Position numbers and translations under genes: made by a program
Notes under the pieces: generated by a model
Told to the model about the DNA's origin: nothing
Databases searched by the model: none
Seen by the model: only the letters and a program-made list of their open reading frames with translations
Assembly (NCBI GenBank): GCA_965116845.1
Contig: OZ220728.1
Span: 3,970,309-4,034,308, forward strand
DNA: 64,000 nt
From: Vicinamibacterales bacterium
GTDB taxonomy: Bacteria > Acidobacteriota > Vicinamibacteria > Vicinamibacterales > UBA8438
Direction of reading: 5' to 3'
Shown here: piece by piece, positions 1 to 9,031 of the stretch
How the letters are laid out: each line of letters begins with the position of its first letter
Numbering within the stretch: position 1 is the first letter of the stretch

Positions 1-22
1 CACGTGACTACCCATTTGGTAG

Positions 23-349
23 GTGGCAAGAAAATGCGCCTCTACGAGGGCCGGGAAAGAACACCCTGGACTCCGACGACGGGCGTGCCGTGCGAGCGTT
101 GGAGCCGTCCCCGGCGGCGTGCCGACGCGCGCGAGTTTCTCGCCGAGCTACAGCGAACTGTGTGAGCGCGAGCTGCTGGAGGCCGGCCAGTTCACGGTCC
201 CAGGCATCGCGAAGCTCGTGATGCAGGAGCGACGAGCCTGGAAGGGCCGCAACCCGGTCACCGGGCAACCCATCGTGTTCCCGGCCCGGCAAGTGGCCAA
301 GGCTCGCATCTCCAGCAAGATTCGAAAGGCCGTCGAGCGACCGATCTAG
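23..349 (+). CDS. HU/IHF-family DNA-binding protein; only the C-terminal half is recognisable (possibly truncated or degenerate)
   Basis: C-terminus GQFTVPGIAKLVMQERRAWKGRNPVTGQPIVFPARQVAKARISSKIRKAV fits the HU/IHF beta-arm pattern R..GRNP.TG..I.(I/F).A; the N-terminal ~50 aa are Arg/Ala-rich and unlike HU. Confidence 0.45.
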   Translation: MARKCASTRAGKEHPGLRRRACRASVGAVPGGVPTRASFSPSYSELCERELLEAGQFTVPGIAKLVMQERRAWKGRNPVTGQPIVFPARQVAKARISSKIRKAVERPI

Positions 350-439
350 CGGGACAGAGCCCCTGAATTGGCGACCAAGAAAATGAATGCCGACATGAGA
401 TCGCTGGGCTTCGGTCGTGCCGGATCGACAGGTCGGCTA

Positions 440-1100
440 GCGCTTCGCGCCAACGTTGCTCAAACGGCGCGACCCCGTTGGCGTGAGTGCGTCGAACGCC
501 TGCAACAACGGCCCGGTGGTGGGCGGGCACGTCGTGCCGCTTCCCGCCGTTCTCGTGCAGCGGCAGCCACCCCGCACGCCCTGCCGGAAGTAGTCCTGGA
601 GCCGCATCCCCACCGCCGCGCTCACGCGCGCGAAGCTGAACACCATCACGCTCAACAGCGCCCGGTCCCGCAGCCCGACCAGCGTCTCGGTGTCGATCCG
701 GTCGAGGAGCTCGCGCGTCTCGGCCGGCGTCAGGACCGGCGTCGCGCCCTTGGTCACGACGTGCTTCGGCCCGCGCACGGACCGCCGCCGGGTTCACGGG
801 CAGCACCTGGTGGACGACGAGCCAGTCGCAGAGCGCCCGGATCGCCCGCGAGGTGCTGCTTGACGGTCGGGACCGATCCCGCGCGCGCCGCGCCACGGCA
901 GAAACTGCCCCGCCGCACGCCCGTACGCCGCCCGCGTCCGCCCGTTCGCGATCGCGGCCGCGAAAAACTCCAGGAACCGCTCGACGGCCGCCGGCCCCGC
1001 GTCGACGATCACCGCCGGCAGCGCGACCCCGGACGAGCCCGGCCGCTCGATCTCCACCCGCCCGGCCGACGGCGCCGGCACCAGCGCCTCGCCCACCCCG
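440..1100 (-). pseudogene. Tyrosine recombinase (phage-integrase family) pseudogene with several frameshifts
   Basis: Collinear pieces in three minus frames: PAVIVDAGPAAVERFLEFFAAAIANGRTRAAYGRAAGQF / SRAIRALCDWLVVHQVLPVNPAAVR / PKHVVTKGATPVLTPAETRELLDRIDTETLVGLRDRALLSVMVFSFARVSAAVGMRLQDYF / GWLPLHENGGKRHDVPAHH. Confidence 0.6.
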
Positions 1101-1643
1101 ACCTCTCCCCCTTCCCGACGAGATCCTCGAAGCGCTCGTAGTCGTGTGTGGACGCCTCCGCGATTGCAGGCTCCTTCTTCGTGACCTCGTTCTTGAGTTC
1201 TGCTGCGCCGATTCGCCGCTACGACGGAGCGGTTTCCGAAGCCCGTGCGTGCTTCCGTTGAAGAACGGCCAGCCTTCCGGCTGGCCGACAAGAGGTTCGC
1301 GCACGGCCGGCCGCGGCGGTCACCCCGGAGGGGCCGGAGCGGAGCGGAGGAGCCGCGAAGCGGGTTGACGGCCGCGGTTGGCCGTGCGCGAGGTTGACGT
1401 CTCCGACGGATGGTACGGTGCATGCGGTCAGGTGCTGTCGTGTGTCCGGCCTCATGGATTGCGGGATGTCACGCCCAGCGGGCCTGTATGGAGATACGCG
1501 GGTCGGGTCCACAATCGCTTGTGCGTGCTCAGAGGCACCCCTCCACGGGCTGGTTCTCCCGACCCCGTCTCGTTGACCGTTTGCCCTTACCATCGTTCGA
1601 CCTGCTCGCATCCTCGACGACGCGGCCACCAGTTCCTGTCTTC

Positions 1644-2668
1644 TCAGGCTGTCCGCTGCGGTCCGCGGTAGTACTCGTTCTTCGTCAGCAGTGCCCAGGC
1701 GATGCGGGCCATCCGGTTGGCCAACGCCACCGCGACCAGCATGCGCGGCTTGCGCGCCAGCATCCGGGCCAGCCAGGGGTCCTTCGTGGCGCCACGCCGC
1801 ACCGCCCAGCTGACCGTCGACATCGCGCCGGTGATCAACAGCCGGCGGAGGTCACGCTGACCCATCTTGGAGATCTTGCCGAGCTGCGCCTTCCCGCCCG
1901 TCGAGTTCTGCCGGGGCACCAAGCCCAGCCAGGCCGCGAAGTCCCGGCCGCTCCGGAAGCTCTCCGTCGGGGGCGCGAAGGCTTGGATCGCCATCGCGCA
2001 CACCGTCCCGATTCCCGGGACACTCATCAGCCGCTTTGTCTGTTCGTCTTCGCGCGCCTGTTGGCGCAGGTCATTGTCGAGCTTTCCGATCTTCTCGTCG
2101 AGGTCGGCGATCTGAACCAGCAACAGCGCGCCCAGCTCCCGAACCGGGTCGGGCAGTCCCGAATCGGCATCTTCAACCGCCTCCGCGAGCTGCTCCACGT
2201 GAGCCGGCCCCCGCGGAACGATGACCCCGAACTCCGCGAAGTGCCCCCGCAGCGCGTTGATCGTCTGCGTACGTTGACGAACCAACAGATCGCGCGTGCG
2301 GAACAGCATGCAGCGAGCCTGCTGCTCGCGCGTCTTCACCGCCACGAATCGCATCGTCGGGCGCGAGGCCGCCTCGCAGATCGCCTCCGCGTCGGCCGCG
2401 TCGTTCTTCTGTCGCTTCACGAACGGCTTCACGTAGACCGGCGGGATCAGCTTCGCCTCGTGACCGAGGTCCCCAAACGCCCGAGCCCAGTGGTGTGAAC
2501 TCGCGCACGCCTCCATCGCGACGACGCATCGTGGTTGCGAGGCAACGAAGTCCAGAACCTTGCCTCGGCTCAGCTTCTTGCGAAAGGCCACCGACCCGTC
2601 GGGCCGCGCGCCGTGCACCTGAAACTCCGCTTCGCCAAATCGATTCCGATGATGGTAGGCTGCTCCAT
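1644..2668 (-). pseudogene. IS110-family transposase with a 1-nt frameshift near 2620
   Basis: N-terminus MEQPTIIGIDLAKRSF (ATG 2668, GGAGGAGGAGG RBS) is in one frame; the continuation QVHGARPDGSVAFRKKLSRGKVLDFV...KLIPPVYVKPFVKRQKNDAADAEAICEA...MSVPGIGTVCAMAI... is in the 1644..2720 frame. Typical IS110 DEDD N-domain plus C-domain. Confidence 0.85.
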
Positions 2669-3073
2669 TGGATGCCTCCTCCTCCAGGTGGTGCGTTGTG
2701 ACAGCTCCACCTTGGCACATCGCGATGCCGTTCGGGGGGAGGACTCCCCACCGTTAGTCAAGTTGGGTTTGTCAGTCTTCGCCGTAGGTCTCCGCTGCCT
2801 CATGTCGCTGTTTGAAGTTGCTACGAGGGGCGACGGTGTACGTCGCCAGATGTCCTCACTTCGCCACGCACGCGGTCACCACGCACGGTCGACCACGGCC
2901 GTCCTACGCTGCCGCCCAGCCCTACGACCGATTGCCGGGGCCGACGGAGCAGGAGGCCCTTGCGGGCCGCCTTCGATTAGCTGCCTATATGGGCGAGGAA
3001 CTGCGAGACCCTGCGTTCTCGCCAAGGCCGTCGACGACGATTCAGACGAGGAGCTGGCAAGTGCGGTTCCGGA

Positions 3074-4339
3074 TCAGGTAGCGACAATCTTCACACGGTG
3101 CGCGTCGAAGCGAGTTCCGTCGCGGAGCATCGCGCAGGCGACGTTGAGCAGGCGGTCCGCCACCGAGCGCAGGGCGCGCGCGTGTCCGTGGCCGCGGGCA
3201 CGTAGCGACCGGTACTTGTCGTGGCTCACCGGATCGCGTTGGGCGGCGATCCGCGCCCAATGGTAGACCGCGTCACGCAGCCGGTCGTGGGCCGCGTGTC
3301 GCTGCGTCACGATCAGACTCTTGCCCGAACGCCGAGTGACCGGAGCCACTCCGCAGAGACAACGAAGCGCGTCGTAGTCACGGCGCCCCACAGCGTCGTT
3401 TCCCTCGGCGAGAAGCGTGGCGAGCACCTTGGTACCAACGCCGGGCAGCGACAGCAGAATGGCCGCATCCGGCGGTGTTTTCGGCGATTGCCGGTCCTCC
3501 ATCGAAGCGTCCGAATCGCCCGTCGAATCTGCCTCGGTCAGCCGATGCACCAGCCCATCCAGATGACGGCGCACGTCATCAAGTTGGCGATTGACCAGCG
3601 CGAGGCGTTCGACGACGAGCCGCACATGCGTCATGGCCGCCTCGGCCGCGCCCGGCGTGAGCCTGACGGCGGGCACCCGCAACCGAGCTCGTAGCGACGC
3701 CGAGTCAATCCGGCGGATTCGGTGCTGCTTCAGCACCTTGGTCAGCGTCACCTCGCGAACCCGTTGCCCGGCGCGCGGCGTGGGCAGGCTGCGCCACAGG
3801 TCGAGCGCCCACGGCGCCGCGACGTCGTCATCAACCGCGCCGAGGAACTGAGGGTAGTAGCGCCAGAGCTGTTCCCGCATCTGATTCGCCAGGCGTATCC
3901 GCTCCCGCGTCAGCTCCTCGCTCAGACGGGACCACTCGCGCAACTCCACGATCGCCGGGTCCGTCGGCTTCAGCCTTCGAAGGCAGTGCGGGTCGGTACG
4001 CAGCGCCGAGGCCAGCACTCGCGCGTCCCGCCTGTCGTCCTTCGCACCCGCCGGCGAGAACCGATCGCGGAAACGGTCGAGCTGCTTCGGGTTGATCGAG
4101 TGGACGGCGAAGCCGCGCTCCATCAGGCTCTCGACTACCGGCCCCCGTGGCGTTTCGACGGCCACACCGACCGCGGCCGCGTCGCTCGCGAAGGCCAGCA
4201 GCCAGTCCGCCATTTGGGTCAGGCCCGCACCCCCGTGCTCGAACTCCCGTTCGCCGAGCACTTTGCCGCCGGCATCGAGCACGCATGCTTGATGCCTCTG
4301 TGAACCCCAGTCAATGCCTACGAACCACGCCAGCTCCAC
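3074..4339 (-). CDS. IS110-family transposase (intact ORF)
   Basis: 421 aa; MELAWFVGIDWGSQRHQACVLD..., KDDRRDARVLA, LLSLPGVGTKVLATLLAE, typical IS110 family blocks. Confidence 0.9.
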   Translation of the reverse strand: MELAWFVGIDWGSQRHQACVLDAGGKVLGEREFEHGGAGLTQMADWLLAFASDAAAVGVAVETPRGPVVESLMERGFAVHSINPKQLDRFRDRFSPAGAKDDRRDARVLASALRTDPHCLRRLKPTDPAIVELREWSRLSEELTRERIRLANQMREQLWRYYPQFLGAVDDDVAAPWALDLWRSLPTPRAGQRVREVTLTKVLKQHRIRRIDSASLRARLRVPAVRLTPGAAEAAMTHVRLVVERLALVNRQLDDVRRHLDGLVHRLTEADSTGDSDASMEDRQSPKTPPDAAILLSLPGVGTKVLATLLAEGNDAVGRRDYDALRCLCGVAPVTRRSGKSLIVTQRHAAHDRLRDAVYHWARIAAQRDPVSHDKYRSLRARGHGHARALRSVADRLLNVACAMLRDGTRFDAHRVKIVAT

Positions 4340-5170
4340 ATCGACCCTCCTGTCTCTCGAATCAAGACGGGCGCGCCATCGATGCTCGCCGGTGCCTGTA
4401 CTGGCGCTCTACGGCGCAGACTCCCCACAGGGCTTCCATCGATGGCTGGGCCGCCGGGGCACAAATCCTCCCCATGTGCTCGAAAACACCGCGTCCACTC
4501 GGGTGGCTCCCGGCGGCCCTGCCCGACTCCCGCGAGCATACCCGCGGTCGTCAAGCAAAACGGTACAGGCGTCCACCCCATCACTTGTCAGCGCCTGGGC
4601 GAGCGCGAACAGCTTCACGACGGCCTCCTTCGCTCCCGCAAACCGCACCTCGATCCGCCTTGCCTCGACCGTCACGCCCTCGGGGAGCCCCCCGAGCCTC
4701 GTCTGAGCGATGAGGACCTGCAGAACATCGGGTCCGGCGGCGTCCCCGCAACAAGCTGGCTTGACGGAGCTTTCCGCCGGATTCAAAGATACGGTGATCG
4801 CGATGCTGACCGTGGGTCGTCACGCTGGTGGGCGACGTGCGCACCGAGATCCGGCGCGTTCGATGACCCGCCTGCGCGCCGTCGAGGTGCCGGTGGCGGC
4901 GCTTGCAGTGGACCGATGACCAGGAACCAGCGCGTCGCTCCAGGAACAGCCGCCGGCATTTCCACGATTCACGCCAGCGCGAGCGTGGCGTTGACCTTGT
5001 GGCCGAGCCAGATAGTCCCGATCGCGCTCGGCTTCGTGACCTCGCTCGCCTTGTGGGCTTGGTGGCGCTTGCGACCGGGTTCCGCTGAGCGGCGGGGGCG
5101 AACCTCGCCTACAGACTGATGCAGGTCCCAGAGGGCCATCCTACGCCAAGCGCATCGCTCGCGGAACCCG

Positions 5171-6079
5171 TCACCGCGACGTCCGCTGCAGGATCCAGTC
5201 GATGTAGTGCGACACGCGCGTGTAGACGCCGTAGGCCCCCGGCTGGGCACAGCCGCGCCCGAAGCTCACGATCCCAATCTGCGTCCAGCCGGTCGGGCCG
5301 CCCGGCACCACCAGCGGGCCGCCGCTGTCGCCCTGGCACGAGTCCATCGTCCCCTGCGCGTACCCCGCGCACACCTGGCCGTTCTCGATCCGGCCCGGAT
5401 AGATCTCGGCGCACGTCGCGTTGTCGATGATCGGGAGGTCCACCGCGCGCAGCCGGTCCGGCAGGGCGCGACCCTCGCCCCGTTCCCGACCCGGCTCCCA
5501 CGCCTCCACGGTTCCCCAACCCGTCACCACCGAGCACGCCCCCGGGAACCCGAAGTTGGCCTCGAGCTGCCGCGACTGCAGCTGCACCGTCTCCGACCGC
5601 GCGACGGGCAGCGGCGCCGAGAGCCGGACGAGCGCGATGTCGTTGCCCTGGCTCGCCGGCCCGCCGCCCCGGTAGCGCTCGTGCGGGATGAGCCGCTCGG
5701 CCCGGCGGCGCTCCCCGCCCGCCGACAGCGACTGCGAGCCGTGCACGACCGAAAAGGCGTCCGCCCCGCGTAGCCGCCCCCGGCCGTCGTACAGGCAGTG
5801 CGCCGCCGTCAGCACCCACGACGGATGGATCAGCGAGCCGCCGCAGATGTGGCGCCACCCGTCGCGGGCGGCGAACTGCAGCGACACCTGCCACGGCGCC
5901 ATCTCCCGCGGCGCCTCCGTCCCGCCCACGATGCGGCTCACCGTCCGCTTGCCCGGGTCGAGGCACTCGAACTGCGACCGCCCCTGCCCGTGCGCCGCGC
6001 CGGCGCCGAGCACCGACACGAGCCCGAACGCCAGCACCGCACGACCCGGCCGCGAGCCACCCTGCCCCCTGTTGCGCAT
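5171..6079 (-). CDS. Secreted trypsin-like (S1 family) serine protease
   Basis: ATG at 6079 preceded by GGAGA; signal-like N-terminus; RIVGG, LTAAHC (His), NDIALVRL (Asp), CQGDSGGPL (Ser), YTRVSHYIDWI. The upstream 180 aa of the track ORF is R/G-rich and rejected. Confidence 0.92.
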   Translation of the reverse strand: MRNRGQGGSRPGRAVLAFGLVSVLGAGAAHGQGRSQFECLDPGKRTVSRIVGGTEAPREMAPWQVSLQFAARDGWRHICGGSLIHPSWVLTAAHCLYDGRGRLRGADAFSVVHGSQSLSAGGERRRAERLIPHERYRGGGPASQGNDIALVRLSAPLPVARSETVQLQSRQLEANFGFPGACSVVTGWGTVEAWEPGRERGEGRALPDRLRAVDLPIIDNATCAEIYPGRIENGQVCAGYAQGTMDSCQGDSGGPLVVPGGPTGWTQIGIVSFGRGCAQPGAYGVYTRVSHYIDWILQRTSR

Positions 6080-6108
6080 CCGCCGTCTCCTTGCCTTGTG
6101 TCCGTTCC

Positions 6109-6684
6109 TCAATCCACCACGCGGTACTGCAGGTAGCTCGACGCGTAGGGCCGCGGGTCGGGCGCCCGCGTGGCCCGGATCTGCGGGAACGCCGTCTCGT
6201 CGAATTGCAGCTCCTCCCGCCGCGTGTAGTGCAGGTACAGCGATGCCTCGCCCAGTGGCCGCCCCACCTCGAGCCGGAAGCCGTCGTCGTCCCCGATGCA
6301 CGTCTCCTCGCCCGCCGCCACCGCGACCGCCCGCTCGTCCGCCGTCTCCGCCGCGAACTCGTTCGGGTAGATCCGCGCCGGCACGTTCCCCTCGGCGTCG
6401 TGGCTCCACACCGTCACGTAGCCGTCCGCGCTCGACCGGAAGCAGAGCACGACGTGGTCGCCGACCTGCACCGCGCCGTCGGAGCCGACGCCGTCCCGCC
6501 CTCCGCCGGCCCGCCCCAGCGTCTCGAGCTGCAGGTCCAGAGACACCTCGCCGAACCGGTTGTCCGGCTTCACCGTGATGCTGCGCGTCCGGCGCGGCCG
6601 CTGGGCCTCGGCCAGCAGCGGCCACGCCACCGCCTGCAGCACGACGGCCGCCGCGACCGCCGCCCGACAGCAGAGATTCCTCAT
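6109..6684 (-). CDS. Secreted DUF4384-domain protein
   Basis: Signal peptide MRNLCCRAAVAAAVVLQAVAWPLLAEA; core VQVGDHVVLCFRSSADGYVTVWSHDAEGNVPARIYPNEF resembles DUF4384 (GD.v.l.v..s.dGYl.v...d..G....lfPN); GGAGGG RBS. Confidence 0.7.
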   Translation of the reverse strand: MRNLCCRAAVAAAVVLQAVAWPLLAEAQRPRRTRSITVKPDNRFGEVSLDLQLETLGRAGGGRDGVGSDGAVQVGDHVVLCFRSSADGYVTVWSHDAEGNVPARIYPNEFAAETADERAVAVAAGEETCIGDDDGFRLEVGRPLGEASLYLHYTRREELQFDETAFPQIRATRAPDPRPYASSYLQYRVVD

Positions 6685-6730
6685 CTCTCGCCCTCCGTCA
6701 CCTCTGCGATTCGGCGCCCGAGGCCCACCC

Positions 6731-7249
6731 TCAGAACGTCCGCACGATCTCCACCCGCCGCTGCCGGTCGTCGGCCGGCGCGAACGCCGGGAGCAGCCGC
6801 ATCTCCCCGAACCCGGCCGCCCGCAGCCGCGGCGCGGCCACCCCCCGGCGCACCAGGTACGAGACCACCGCCTCCGCCCGCCGCTGCGACAGCCGCAGGT
6901 TGTAGTCGTCGGGGCCGGTGGCGTCGGTGTGCCCCTCGAGCGTCACCTGCGCGGCGACAAGCTGCGGGTCGTTGAGCGCCGCCGCCACCCCGTCGAGGTC
7001 CCGCATCGCCCGCCCTGTAAGGTCCGCCGAGTCGAACCCGAACTCGATCCGCAGCATCAGGCTCACCTCGGACGGCCCCCCCGGGTCGCCCGCATCGTCC
7101 GGCACCACGGCCAGCGAGCGCGTCACCGCCTCCCGCGTCACCGGCCCGTCCAGCGACCGCCGCAGCCGGTCCTGCGCCCACCCCGCATCGGCCGCCACCG
7201 CCACGGCGAGCGTGAGCAGCCCCGTCACCGTCGCCCTCTTGAGCTTCAT
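6731..7249 (-). CDS. OmpA-family (peptidoglycan-associating) protein
   Basis: ATG 7249; signal peptide; IEFGFDSADLT...LEGHTDATGPDDYNLRLSQRRAEAVVSYLV..GV...RL.A.GFGE...RRVEIV is the OmpA C-terminal-like domain. Confidence 0.88.
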   Translation of the reverse strand: MKLKRATVTGLLTLAVAVAADAGWAQDRLRRSLDGPVTREAVTRSLAVVPDDAGDPGGPSEVSLMLRIEFGFDSADLTGRAMRDLDGVAAALNDPQLVAAQVTLEGHTDATGPDDYNLRLSQRRAEAVVSYLVRRGVAAPRLRAAGFGEMRLLPAFAPADDRQRRVEIVRTF

Positions 7250-7274
7250 GGCAGGTCTCCCCTTCCCACGACCG

Positions 7275-8366
7275 CTACTGCACGACGACGAAGCTCGCCG
7301 AGGCGATGGCCGTCCGCTCCCCTGCCGGGTCCGCGACCACGGCCAGGTTCCGGGCCGTCGCGCCGGCATCGTCGAACGTCGCGAACGGGCCGGCCCGGAA
7401 GTCGCCCGGCGCGCCTATCACCGGCCCCGCGCCGGTCCGGCAGAGCGCCGTCACGTGCTCCACCCCCGCCGGCCCCATCGGCACGATCGAGACCGCGGCC
7501 CCGATCCCGGGCACCACCACCGTCTGGCCGGCCCGGATCAGCGTCTGCTGCTGGTAGCGGTTCGGGAACAGCAGCCGGGACGCGCCGCCGGGGGCCGTGT
7601 TGAGCAGCGACAGGTGGCAGTCCGCCTCCGCCTTCACCATCAGCGTCACCGGGTCCGTCACCCGGTACACGGGACGGTCCGCCGCGAGCTCCAGCCCGAA
7701 CGGCGCCGACGGCCAGCCTGCTCCCGCTACCGGCGGCCGCGGCGGCGCGGGTGCCGCCGCGGCGGGCCGTTGCGGCACCGTGCGGATCACCTTGTCGTAG
7801 ACGTCCCACTCGGCCGTCTCCGCCTCCGCCATCACCACGGCCAGGTTCCGCGCCGTCTCCTGCGCACGCTGCCGGATCGTCTGGAAGACGCCCGCCTGCG
7901 CGAGCTGCGCCCCCGCGAACAGCGGCGCCGGACGCGTCGTCGCCACCACCTTGATCAGCTCCGCCCCCGTCGTCCCCGACACCGCGATCCGCGCCCGCGA
8001 CGCCGGGTCCGGCACCTCCGTCACCGTGTTCGCGCGCACCCGGTTGTCGGTCTGGTAGCGGTTCGGGAACAGCACCGTCGTCGACCCGTCCGGGCCCACG
8101 TTGAGCACCGTCACGTAGGCGTCCTTGTTCACCTGCACGAACACGCGCACCTGCTCGCCCTGCGCGTAGGTGTTCGTCGCGTGGTCCACCCACGCCACGA
8201 CGTCGAGCGGGTTCGACGCCGACCCCGGCGGCGGCGCCTGCACCGCCTGGATCGCCGTCTGCTCCACCGTCAGCACCCGCTCGTCCTGCGCCCGCGCCGC
8301 GCTGGCCCCCAGCACCGCCGTCAACGCCAGCACGGCGCCCGCGCGCCCCAGCTTCGTTCGCATCAT
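7275..8366 (-). CDS. Secreted protein with two tandem DUF4384-like domains
   Basis: ATG 8366 (AAGGAGA RBS), signal peptide; two repeats of the pattern YAQGEQVRVFVQVNKDAYVTVLNVGPDGSTTVLFPNRYQ and YRVTDPVTLMVKAEADCHLSLLNTAPGGASRLLFPNRYQ. Confidence 0.75.
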   Translation of the reverse strand: MMRTKLGRAGAVLALTAVLGASAARAQDERVLTVEQTAIQAVQAPPPGSASNPLDVVAWVDHATNTYAQGEQVRVFVQVNKDAYVTVLNVGPDGSTTVLFPNRYQTDNRVRANTVTEVPDPASRARIAVSGTTGAELIKVVATTRPAPLFAGAQLAQAGVFQTIRQRAQETARNLAVVMAEAETAEWDVYDKVIRTVPQRPAAAAPAPPRPPVAGAGWPSAPFGLELAADRPVYRVTDPVTLMVKAEADCHLSLLNTAPGGASRLLFPNRYQQQTLIRAGQTVVVPGIGAAVSIVPMGPAGVEHVTALCRTGAGPVIGAPGDFRAGPFATFDDAGATARNLAVVADPAGERTAIASASFVVVQ

Positions 8367-8449
8367 CCGTCTCCTTGTCCCCTTGAGCCTTCCCCCGCCC
8401 GACGACCGGGCTGGTTGGCGGCCCACTTTCGAAAGACCGCTGTCTCCTG

Positions 8450-9031
8450 CTACTCGACCACCTGCACGCGGGTCTCGGCGACCGCCCACGACGAGGCCGG
8501 CATCTGGGCCGTCGCCCGGTTGAGCCCGCGCAGGAACGTCCCTGCCGTCGACGCCAGGACCATCGGTCGCGTCAGCGTGCTCCCCTGGTTGTCGGCGAAG
8601 CCCACGAACGGCTGCCGCGTCACCAGGAACACCACCCGGTCGACCCCCGCCGGCAGCGACGCCCGGATCACGAGGCCGTCGCCCGCACGCGGATACTCCA
8701 CCTGTGCCCCGGCCGCCACCGGCAGGTTCTCCGCCAGCAGCGTCACCCCGCCGTCCGCGTTGACCAGGTAGAGGTGCCCGAAGCCCGCCTCGCTCGACGA
8801 CACCCGGAAGCCGATCGGCGTCCCCACCGCCACCGGCGGCGCCATCGTCGGCGTGACGCCCACCGCGAACGCCGGGGAGTCGTTCGCCGCCACGTCCACC
8901 CCGCCCGCCCCCACCAGCACGCCGTTCCCCGTCGACCGGCAGCCGGCGGCCGCCACCAGAACCAACGCCGATGCCGCCGCCAGCACGCTGGCCCGGGAGG
9001 TCCCGAACCGCGCCACTCCGTATCCGGTCAT
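8450..9031 (-). CDS. DUF4384-like lipoprotein
   Basis: ATG 9031 overlaps the kinase stop (ATGA); lipobox LVAAAGC; FRVSSSEAGFGHLYLVNADGGVTLLAENLP DUF4384-like core. Confidence 0.7.
   Translation of the reverse strand: MTGYGVARFGTSRASVLAAASALVLVAAAGCRSTGNGVLVGAGGVDVAANDSPAFAVGVTPTMAPPVAVGTPIGFRVSSSEAGFGHLYLVNADGGVTLLAENLPVAAGAQVEYPRAGDGLVIRASLPAGVDRVVFLVTRQPFVGFADNQGSTLTRPMVLASTAGTFLRGLNRATAQMPASSWAVAETRVQVVE

Noticed and set aside
4409-4786. 125-aa minus-strand ORF between the IS110 and the protease
   Set aside because: It has no start context, no recognisable motifs, and overlapping ORFs of similar length in other frames. It may be a remnant, but this is not supportable.
5171-6625. 484-aa version of the protease ORF, and the extended versions of the OmpA, DUF4384 and kinase ORFs
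   Set aside because: The upstream extensions overlap the preceding genes and are R/G-rich. Internal starts with good Shine-Dalgarno sequences and signal peptides give compact, non-overlapping genes.
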